Assembly: GCA_030295235.1 (NCBI GenBank)
Contig: AP026127.1
Location: 124,001 to 188,000 of the forward strand
Direction of reading: 5' to 3'
From: Fistulifera solaris
Taxonomy: Eukaryota
DNA: 64,000 nucleotides
Made by a program: the position numbers and the translations under genes. How positions within the stretch are numbered: the stretch's first letter is position 1; each line of letters starts with the position of its first letter. A model generated the notes under the pieces. That model did not search any database and was not told where the DNA came from. It was given only the letters and a program-made list of their open reading frames with translations. Below, in pieces: positions 1-10,800 of the stretch.

Positions 1-930
1 TTGTGAATAAATAAATAGATAAAGAGCCAAGTGTTTCTTAGTTGCAAGCAATGCGTAAACAACTTTGTGTTTTATTTCAAAGAGAGGCTGATTTTTGTCC
101 GACTAAGAGTTTTCGCTTAGAACCACAAGTCCATTCGGGAAAAATGTCTTCCGCGTTCATCAACGCGAATCTATGTTTACTTTTTATCTTTAAGCGACGG
201 TTTGATTGCGCAGCGAATGAAATTGCGATCTCTGGCTAAATTCAATACTGATTTGCTTCGCAAAAATGGATTGTCGAAATGGTCTCTGATATATCCGGTG
301 ACCCGGTCCTTGGTTAAACTACTTCTATTCTTCCATTGACTTTTGTTTTCCAACCGATCCTACAATGACCGTCAGTATAAACTTACATATCATCCATAAG
401 GCTTAATAACGCTTTCCTTACTGATTTGGTTTGTAAGCACATTTTTAAGTAACGAAATACAAAAGCGCCCATTAAGTCGATTCTTTAAACGAAACAAAAT
501 TCATTTTTATTTTAGCTTGCAATCTTTATGATACCAGTGGCATGCTGCTGAGTCGGTTTTGAAGTCAGAATAAATGAGACGATTCCTTCTGGACTGTTAT
601 ATTATTGATAGCTTATAAAGGATAAACCTCAAGAAAAAAAAAATAACCAGGAATTGACGAAACTTAAAAAGGAGCCGAATGGATTGGGCTGATTATCTCA
701 ATTTGTAGAGACGAAGCTTTATGGGTCTTAGTTGCCACTTTGTTGGAAAATTATTATTTAAAAGCAACATGCGTCGAATCAGCTTGACCTCCGTCTTGGT
801 TTTGTCAAAAGAGCCGACGTATAGCTAAATGCTTTGCCGTCTTGAAAGCTGTGATTTCCACGACCGTGCAAATCTAATGTGAACTTGATCGTATACTAAC
901 CTTTCTTGTTGTTGCGACAATCGGAGCATC

Positions 931-1048
931 TGAAAGGCGGTGCGTGGAATTACTGCAAAGCTACCTTAGAAAACAAAAAGGAGCAATGGAATGTGAATGG
1001 CGGTGCATGGAGTTAAAGCTAACTTAGAAAACGAAAAGAGCAATGGAA
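931..1048. repeat. Imperfect ~60-bp tandem duplication
   Basis: tgaa(a/t)ggcggtgc(g/a)tgga...aaagcta(c/a)cttagaaaac(a/g)aaaa..gagcaatggaa occurs twice in tandem. Confidence 0.7.
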
Positions 1049-1962
1049 AACTAAGTCGAATATTTGACTTTGAAAAGGAACGAGAGATCTGATCGTCGAA
1101 GCGTGGCAAAGCTTTGGTTATTTAAACATTGCTTGTCACTTTTCCATTTGGTTTAGGGTTTGACTTTATCGGCAAAATCCATTAGCGATGCCACTCAATA
1201 GAATCTAAAGGACAGTGGTTAATTTTTTAAGGTTAAATGTTAGTTTCGGAAGCGGTAAACTTAAGTTACTGGATAAACTCTTTAGGTGCTTATGCGCTAG
1301 GAAAGTTTTCAATCGTTAGCATGCGACTATGATCCTACTGTACAGCTGTTGTTGTCATCGCGCCTGGTGATACTGCCATAGTCAACGTGCAGGTTGTTGT
1401 CTACGCTTTCTTCGCGCCCTTTGATTTTTAAGCAGTCTCCTCACGCAAGCTTCAGTCAGCTTCGTCTCTAAGGGTCAAATACGAAACACGAACTTTCCTA
1501 TTAGAAATTACCCTAAGGAACTTCGCATGGAGCAGGTGCCTTTTTTTTTGAGGTGGCGCTTGGTGTACTAAGAACCCCCTGTGGGCGAAAAGTTTGGCGT
1601 CGTCTAACAGCTTGTGTAGGGGAGGATCGCCTCTTCTGGTGCTTGTTGATCAGGCCTTCTTCCGATTGAAATAATTCCGAGTTCCCGGTGATGAACACAT
1701 GCCTGCAATAGGTAAGGTGTGCGAACGGGATGTGACTACTATGTAACGATTGATTATTTACTTAAAAACTGGGTACGATGCGCTTGAGTGAGAAACGAGC
1801 TAGGATGGTTATGAGTCAATTGATAAATCCCGTGCTAGGTTTTTACTTCAACTCATGTCGAAGTCCACACACACAGTGAATATAATAAGTTTAGTTCAAC
1901 AAAACGGCGCGATACATGCCTGAAATAAAAGTTGCGTTTCTATGCACTCGTTCTCTTATATC

Positions 1963-2595
1963 TTACTTATTCGTTCTATTTTCCATCGATCGTTCCGCTA
2001 AAATGCCACTAAACGACATGGGGCGACGATGGGTCACTTGCGACGTACTCCGGAGACGCATCGGTTTGATAGGAAAACAATCCCGTCGCAGATGCAACCT
2101 TTGGCTCGTCGCACTGCACGAATGAGCCCGAACCACCAATCGGGGTCGGGATAGCGAAGGGAGGCGTCGCGGAGCCGTCGTAGGATTGATTAGCTCGCGG
2201 TTGGGTGTATTCCATCGTTCTTCTTTGTCGTAATCTCCGACCGAGGAAACGTGACTACTAATATCGCTGGCAGTAATATCATCCCCTTCTTCTAAAGTAC
2301 TCTGATTTCTCGGAGAGCAAACAATGTTCGTCATCGGAGCGGCTCCCACATGCGTTGAAGAAGCGGAGGAGTAATCATCGTCTTGTGAATTTTCGTCCTC
2401 CGGTAAACTGAAGCAATCATTGCTATTGAAGAAGCTATCATCACTGTAGTTCCTTAGCGGAAGACGTGGTGAAAGGGAGTGTTTCCGTCGCAAAGTGTCA
2501 CACGGTAAGGCGACGGGGCTGCCGCTGTTGCGGCGATTCGGCATGGTCTTGGCAATCGCCAGGCGACCGTATTCGTCGCAATCTTGTTGTTGCAT
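1963..2595 (-). CDS. Hypothetical low-complexity protein (Ser/Asp-rich, RW...PxxPxR motif)
   Basis: Open frame 1963-2727; likely ATG at 2595 (MQQQDCDEY); motifs ERWN and PIKPMRLRS. Confidence 0.5.
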   Translation of the reverse strand: MQQQDCDEYGRLAIAKTMPNRRNSGSPVALPCDTLRRKHSLSPRLPLRNYSDDSFFNSNDCFSLPEDENSQDDDYSSASSTHVGAAPMTNIVCSPRNQSTLEEGDDITASDISSHVSSVGDYDKEERWNTPNRELINPTTAPRRLPSLSRPRLVVRAHSCSATSQRLHLRRDCFPIKPMRLRSTSQVTHRRPMSFSGILAERSMENRTNK

Positions 2596-2956
2596 GCTTA
2601 TTATAGGCTCAAATGCGTTGAAGATGTCTAGAATGAATGTGAAATGGTTTATGCAAAGTAGGTAAGAAAGGATTATGTCAAACGAGAATTGTAGCGTCAG
2701 CAAAAAACGCAAGAGCGCAGCGAGCAATAAAAAGCGCGATACCTGGTAAGGCCGAAAACACGCAATTGGGAATCGGGAACCGGGAACGTGCGACGTGGGA
2801 GACGCGCGCTCGTGCAGCGCAGGTTAGGTGCAGCGTGATAAGCGTAGAGGCGGATGACTTACCGGTACTTAAAAACATTAGAGCATCATTGACTGGGTAC
2901 CGATGCGATTGAGAAAGACGAAATGAATGTTACACGCGAAGAGTTGTTTTGTTGCA

Positions 2957-3002
2957 TTGCATCTGATCACATCCACCATCTGGTGGATGTGATGAGATGC
3001 AA
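2957..3002. repeat. Near-perfect 46-nt palindrome/hairpin
   Basis: ttgcatctgatcacatccacca-tc-tggtggatgtgatgagatgcaa: 22-bp arms with one mismatch. Confidence 0.8.
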
Positions 3003-3921
3003 GTTTCTTCGTCAATAAGGTCGCGTTCTACTAGTACCGTTCCAAGTGTCAATTTTTTGCTTTAGTGTTCGAAGGTGCGCGAGGTCAGAACAACAACTTG
3101 CGCCCGTGCTGCATTCAGCGGGTGTAAAAAGGATCCTACACTCTTGATCAACTGCAAATGGTGCCTCCGATTTATTCACCGAAATTGCTGTGAGACTCAT
3201 CTCTCTGCGAAAACATAATCTACCATTGAACCGCAGTTTCCTCTGCACAAAACACTGCTACTTGATGCGGCAGAAAATACGAACAAATCGTAAGTACATG
3301 TGGAAGTTTGACGGGAAACACGACAAGGAGGACCCCAATACATCCGAAGTCATGTCACTTCGCTTGCTGACAACGCCCGGGTAATTACAATCGCTACCGT
3401 AGAGTTTGATGGAATGCACCGCATTCGAATGTCACGAGAGATTGCGAAATACATCAATGCTTCGAGTGTAGTCCGCAAAAGACAACTGCCGAGGTCAAGG
3501 AGAGGATTGATTTGATTGAGGAACAAATGCATCGAGCCAATCTCTCGAGATGGAATAACCGAGAGAGATTCAGAAACTCGGATCCGAAAGTCTTTCTTGA
3601 AGAAATGACAAAGATTTGCGAGCACTACTGAAGCCTTCATTCAAATATATGACAATCGCATCTGTCCCCTTCCAACGGTCACGTCAGCTACCGTCTTTGG
3701 CACAAAATGGTGAATGCTGTGACTTTTAAGCGACAAGACACAAATGAGTTCGCTGGTAGTGTGTCGAGAGCGTCGTGGGATGCTGTCGATCGGCACTTTG
3801 CAGGAGTCGTCGAGGAGGTTAGCTAGTTTGAACTGTTCAAAAAAATTAAATAAATAAACTATATTGTAATGTACAAAACATGTAAACTCGCAGTCAATCG
3901 AATCAAAAGTAATCGCATGAC

Positions 3922-6900
3922 TCAGAGGAAATAAAGTGTGTTGGCATATCTTTCGGCGCTAATCGAACCGCCATGATCCGGCATATTTCCCGCCAACTCG
4001 GCTAACTTGTGCGCGTACTGCGTTGGTGCAGGAAGCTTGACGGGACCGGCCCAATTGGCGTAGTTGTGACACGACGACCAAGTAAGGGAGGGAATATCGA
4101 CTTGAGCAAGTCCTGCATCGCGGTGCACGGTAATAAAGCGCACGGGCTTTGGGGTGCTAAACGGCGGAGCTCTTCCATTGATGTAAAAGGTGTGGTGTCG
4201 CAAACCTTGGAAGCCTTCCACCAATGTCCCACTAGGAGAGCCGAATGGCTGCTGTCCCTCCATCGCAAAAAAACTTAGTTGCGATTCGTTTCTGGCAGAC
4301 GGCGTAAGCAAGAGGGACCGAATTTTCAATCTTTTGGTTCCTACGACTGCATCTGCACCGAGTCCTTTTCGAATACCTTTCATTTCGTCTATTGCGTCCG
4401 TAGCGAATGCACCCTCTCCGATTCCATCGCGCCAAATTACGCATGATTTAGGTTTCTCGTGAAGAAGCTTCAGTGCGGCTTTTACTGTTTGTTCCAAGCA
4501 CTCATTCAATTGATATTCTTGGCCCGGTTCTTGAACGAACGTCTTCGTGTACGTCAAAATGTCATTTTCTTTTCGAACAATCTGTACAACTATCGCAGCA
4601 ACAGACGCTTTCCCGACTTTTTCTTTAGTGATAGGATTGAACACACGGGGGGCGTGATAGACATCTATCGCCAACAAGCACAGAAGGTAAAGGAAGCTCT
4701 TTTGGGATTGAAACCCACCAGATACGTCGCCAACCTTTTCCAAAATTTGCCGAGCCACTCCTTGCAAGATGATGTTTGATCGCTTCATGTCACGCGGTTC
4801 ATCATGACGATACGTATTGAAATTCACAAACTAAGAAGGAAAGAGAGCGAAGAAGTGAGCAAGGGATCGAAAAGCAATATACGACGTCTCCTCTTACCTG
4901 AGATATGTAACCGTTCTGAGCTAATATCATCTTCACGACGGGATAATCAGGGTCCATAGAACCACGGGGTTTTGTAAAATCGAGAATAAATACGTTGGCA
5001 GGAACTTTACCAGAAAAATGCTTTTGGACAGCTCCATGATGACTTTTGTTCGCGTCTGGAACAGCGTGTTACGTAAGAAACTACATTATCATTAAAGATT
5101 CGGTGCACTTAGTTCAACACAGACTTACCCACTTTCACCACCTCGTGAGGCTTATTGCCCAAAACGAAACTTTGCATTGTGCCCGTTCACAAGGTCGCGA
5201 ATTCGATCGTACGTGTCCTTGTACCCGCCGCCTCTTCGATCAAAAATGCGCTGCACACCAAAACGACATTCAAAGTCGTTGCTTGAGACGTATTGACATT
5301 GAATTTTGCTTTGCTCAACACCGGTGCCCAATTATCTGCTTTCTCTTTCGGAACTGAAACACCAGCAGCAATAATCGAAGGGACAGGCATGACTTTGCAA
5401 GTGGCATTGATCGGCGATTGCAATGCAATACCCAAGGCGGGCAAAAGACCACCGGCACCGCTGAGTTGTCTGTGCTCCGGGAATTAGATACTCGCGGACA
5501 ACATCAATTGCTTTGTTTCTTTCTTGGGGATTGAAACCAGCAATCATCGGAAGTTTTTCTTTCACTTCGGGGTCCAGTTCATTCCCAGTCACAAGCTCAG
5601 CGGGTAAGAAAATTTTACTCTTGTTTCCGACCTTCGACAACCATGGGCTTCGCACTGGGATATTTCAATTTCATTTTCTTGCGAGTTGCAAAGTATTGCG
5701 TATGAGACGTCTGCGTCCCCGGAATCATTAAGGAGTCTGGACTATGATCGAACAGCAGATCGACAACAGGGTAGCACTTCTTGTCATACGTGGTAATAAC
5801 GGTCTCACCTATCCATGTGCGCTTTGCATTATCCATGTCGGCCTTGGATAAATTACCCTTGGAAGGCGAATAATTGCCTTTGTAAAGGGGCGTCTAGCAG
5901 CGTCGCGGTGCGAATCAGTTTGGCACGAAGATCAATCGTCAAAGTAAGACGAGCCACAGCACTTTTCGTGTTCGACTGTCGCATCAGGTTAAAGTTGCAT
6001 CGGTAGGCTTTGAAGATCTTGACACCCAACGACTGACCATTACGATCCGTTGGCTCGGTAAACGACTGTGGGTCGATAAATTCACGTCCCCATCGAGCCA
6101 TGCGTTCGCGTAAAGCACCTTCCAACGCCACGTTCGCAAACATTTCGAATTCCGCAACTGATGCCGGTTTAGTCACAGAAGTCTCGTCGGAATAGACCGG
6201 TTGATGTCCCTTTGTCGACTTTGCAAAAGTAAAAGCATGAAGTTAGTTTGACTAGCATATGCGCAGGCGCATATACTACAAAACAATGAAACATACCAGT
6301 GCTGCAAAAGCGACTGCTCATCCCGAAAAGCTTGCGTACAATCCGCGACATCGCAAGTCCGCCAACACGACATGTTCTTCGGCAGGATTCCACGCGACCG
6401 ACAATTCTTTTGGGGCCGACAGTTTTTGCATGTGCACAATGCGCATGACATCTCCGTTCGTGGTGGATCCATCACACAAGGTAAGCGGCAATTGATCAGG
6501 TGTCGATAATCCAGGAATGTCACGACCCGACATGAATGTCAAATTTTGAAAAAAGACTACGCAGGAACGGTACACGTGAGAAAGTTTTCGCTTGTTTTAA
6601 TTTCTCTTTCGTTTTACGTACCCACTCGCTTCAAATCTTCAATTTGCTGCGGTGACAGCTGCCGAGCCATAAACAGATCCCAAAACCCTGTTTGAAAGAG
6701 TTGAAAGCGTCGAGTACGTCCATCAATCAATTTGTTATTCTTATCGCGACATTCGAGACTAAACATCCAAAAGGAAAAGCTGGGAGAGACTTGAGCTGTA
6801 ATAAAAGAATGTGCGAAAGTAAGACACGATATTCTCAAAAAGTGCAGAGCGATCAAACTATTCCTCTTCAATACTCATACCTGATAGTATATTCGTGCGA

Positions 6901-7209
6901 CCACGAAGTCAATTGAGAGAAATCCGGTCCTCGGCCTCGACCTTCACGTCCACCGCGGCCTCCTCCTCCTCGAAAATCTCTACCACCGCCACCGCCACCG
7001 CCACCGCCTCGACTACTATCACCACCTCTTCCTCGACCTCCGCCTCGATTACCGTCACCACCACGTCCGCGTCCTCGATCGCTGTTTATGGGGGAAAACG
7101 AATGAGACAATCGTTCTCAGCGCAGCTCACAAGCCCTAGCGAAGAAAAGCGTACCCTCTGCCAGAAGAGCCGCGACTTTCAGCGTCCTCCCTCGACCACC
7201 GCGATGCAT
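3922..7209 (-). CDS. AGO: Argonaute/PIWI-family protein (RGG N-terminus, N domain with C2H2 finger, PAZ, MID, PIWI)
   Basis: ATG 7209 (MHRGGRG). GT-AG introns at 7082-7154, 6796-6880, 6557-6621, 6219-6296, 5056-5128, 4831-4897. PAZ-like VITTYDKKCY and IFLPAEL; MID YPVVK..SQ|FV and QILEK; PIWI (G)IDVYH, WRDGIGEG, NWAGPVKLPAPTQYAHKLA; C-terminal LYFL*. Several single-base frameshifts, probably assembly indels. Confidence 0.95.
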
Positions 7210-7859
7210 GTTTCTTATCAGCTAGTTAATAATGAGACAAATGTTAATTATGTTAAAAGGAATCAGGCATAGACATAGAAACGTGAATATTTGAGCAAAA
7301 GATTTTTTCTGTTTATTAGGTTATTGCGCTGCTGCGTTTCAAGTTTCAATCGTGTCCCGCTTTCCACGGTTTGTACAGTTCTAGACTATACTGTACCACC
7401 CAAAATATTCAACAGCCAATCAGAAGCCGTACCTGGTAGGCGGTACCACTGCGAAAAATTCATCCGCCAATCAAATGCATCGGAGCGATCGCTGATGCGA
7501 GCCGTGTTCGCTGCTGTTCGCGATGAAAAACGGGGAGACAATAAAACTCGAACAAGAGGATGTAGGAAAGGAGAAAGTGATACTTATGCGCAAGTACTTG
7601 TTTTCGCCGCGTAAGAAATGCGAGAAAATCGGAGGCGAACATGAATGAAGCGAAAGAAATGGATCGCAATCCATTTTGAGCCTGTTCTTTGAGTGCATTT
7701 TTGAGTGATTTCTCTTCCCTGTTCTGCTGAGAAGAATCATTCTTTGCAAGCGGAAGACTTGCATTTCCTCTTTGACTCTGCTTTTTCGTTGACAGATCTA
7801 CTTGACTGAAATCCACAACAATCTGTCGCCAGGCAACGCATCGAAGCGAAACGCCAATC
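7210..7859. promoter_or_regulatory. Putative bidirectional promoter between Argonaute and Dicer
   Basis: About 650 bp between divergent start codons (7209 minus, ~7860 plus); promoter activity is inferred from geometry only. Confidence 0.5.
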
Positions 7860-10800
7860 ATGAGTCGTTCTCATTCCTCTTTGCACGAGGATGTTCGACA
7901 ATTCCTCTTTGAAACGTCGGTGACGCCGGAAGACGTGGCGCAAGTTCAAGGAATTGTCGAAGGCAATTACACAAAGTGTTGCGCATTATGAGCGAGAAAA
8001 TCGAACGTCGTTCCGCTGATCCTGTCGTCGTCTGTCCATAAGAAGACCAAACACACGACCCTCAATGACGCGGAACGCGATCAGTTGATGGATTCTCTGG
8101 CGAAAACGACACACGATCCACGTTCCTATCAGCGCATTTTGTTCGAACGTGCCAAACACGAAAATATTATTGTTCATTTGGGGACCGGAACCGGTAAAAC
8201 GTGGATTGCACTATTGTTATTGCAGCATTATGTCGAACAACAACGACCCATGGTCTTTTTGGTGCCCAGTGTCGCCTTGGCGGTTCAACAACATGCCGTG
8301 TTGAGTGTGCATTTGGAGCAGGTGCAGTTGGCGTGCGCGTATCACGTTGCACCGTGTGGCGGAAGAAACTTCGAGCAAAGTCTTGGTCGCGACCCACGGG
8401 GCGATATTTGGATTTGTTGCGACATTATCCCGATCAATATTCACTCGGGCAAGTCAGTTTAATGATCTTGGATGAATGTCATCATTGTATTGGGAATTCT
8501 CCGTGCTTGACGATTTTGCGAGACTACTATCATACGTTACCACAGAATCAGAGGCCGCGTGTTGGGTTTGACCGCCTCGCCCTTAATTGCCGTCAAAGTC
8601 AATCATACCGAAGAACAATTGACGCAATTGTTGACGCAACTAGAAGTTCAAATGGATGCCAAGATTGTTGCACCGCCGGCCGATGATGAAGATAGTCGTT
8701 ATCACGAACAGGAATGTTCCGAGCATTGCATCCCGTACCGTATGGATAGTGGTGTGTCGACTAGTCCGTTGCCACGGATTCCTGCGAACAGTTTGCATCC
8801 GGCGCGTCTCAAAGAATTCAAGCAATTGGAACAGCTAGAACTCGATCTGGGGCCTTTGCCAGTGATCTGGTATTGTCGATCACTGCAGTTGAAGCGGAAT
8901 CAGTATCAAAACGAAAAACGAGAACAATTTCAAGCGGGCGCAACAATATTTGGAGCGTGTGGCGGCGTGTCGTGAAAACGCATGGGACCAGTCACAAATT
9001 ACAATGCCTCGAACAATTGTTGGAGCAAGAATTGTCGCGGAAGAAACATGCCGTGGGGGTCGTCTTTGTGCAGCGTCGGATCACGGCTTGTGCTTTGGAT
9101 CAGTCCTTTCAGCATCGGAATCATCAACAAAAGAAGAACGACTTGCAGCAAGTCCGCCATGACAAATTCAATGGTCAATTTGCGGATGCGGAAGACGACA
9201 ACATGAGCTGGGAGGGGCTATCACCGCATCAGCCATTGATTCGGTGTTGCAGTATGATTCGAAAGAGCACGGGAAGCCAAATGTTTCGTGCCGGTGCCAA
9301 GCTTTCGCAAGAGGAAATGAATCAACAGAGCGCAGCTAATGGAAGAAGAAGAAAACAACATTCGAAAGACGTTAGATGGATTGCGAAAAGGAACGTTCAA
9401 TGTCCTAGTAGCCACTTCCGTGGTGGAAGAAGGTGTTGACCTTCAAGCCTGTTCGTTTGTAATTGCGTTTGATGCTTTAACGACAATTAAAAGCTACATC
9501 CAAATGAAAGGACGGGCCCGACAAAAGAGCCAAATTTTACTTTTTTGAAAACGATCACGTCGCTGGTTTGAATCACGAAAGACGCAAGCCGCCTGGAGAA
9601 GCGCATTGAGAATGCTGTGGCAAACGAAAGTAGAAAGCAAGAGGAGAATTATCGCGGCAGTTCGTCTGGTCTGGCATTTCTCGATGTGACGCCAAAATCA
9701 AGAGCTAAGCACTGAAGAGCTTTTTGTTCTGCGCAATGGAAGTTACACGGCGGAACTAGGTGCTGTCTTTTTGAATTCGGCCAAATCCTTGTTGTATCGC
9801 TTTGCATTGAGCCAGCCCATCGATTGGGTGACCCGATCATCGAAACGTTCCTTGCAATCTTACTTACCCTTCTTGACGAGCAGTGCAACCAGCTCACACT
9901 ACCCGCTTACTGTGGAGCTGGAAATGGTTTGCGATCCATCTCGCTTCCCGAAACGACTCTCGTTATGCCGAAAAAAGATAAGCAAAGATGCTAGCGCTGA
10001 TCGCGTGCGTTCGATTGCATAAGAATGGGTTATTGTCTCGGCGATTGTTGCCCTTCTCAAGATCCGAACTCCGCCAGAAGATATTATCTTTCGTCAAGCC
10101 AAGGCCAAATCAGAATGATGTGGCAACTAGACCGACAATCTTTTCATTTCCGTCTTTGACTGACAAAACGACTTGCTACATTAATATACTTTGTATGGAA
10201 GGGGAGAGAATGGAAGAAAACGCGCAAGTCGTTTGGCAATTTTGGTAAATCTTTGGCCTTAGTTTGCTTCGAACCGTTACTGGAACCTAAAGAGATGTCT
10301 GTCATGCATCATGACCATCCTCAGTTTGGTCGATTGGCCTGTTCTATGAAAAAAAGCCGCCCGATTCAGTGCACTAAAAGCCAGATCGCGCTTCTTCGTG
10401 AATTTTTCGTAGTTCTTTTCAACGCTCGCTGGAAGAAACGGACTAAGGATGGTGTCTTCAAACTCCAGCGAATCGAACGAATCAATGATAACTCCTTCCT
10501 ATGTGCTGGGCTGCATAGATGATCAGCACAACCTGGACTGGATGTACATGCAAAAGATCGTTGACGAAAGCAAGCGTAATGCTGCTGAGTTGAAAGCTGC
10601 GGCCCAGCAAGTGTCGAAGGGGCAGCCCTTTGTCCGTCCTCGGCTCTGGATTCCGGATCATGATCCGATGAGCGTTTTGTAGTGTATGGCGGCGGGTTTC
10701 AGAAAGATAGTGAAAAAGTTGATGACAAAAATGAATCGATTTTCTGTCAATACTGCTGGCAACTTCCCATCACTATCTTGCATAAAGATGGCAGCTCATG

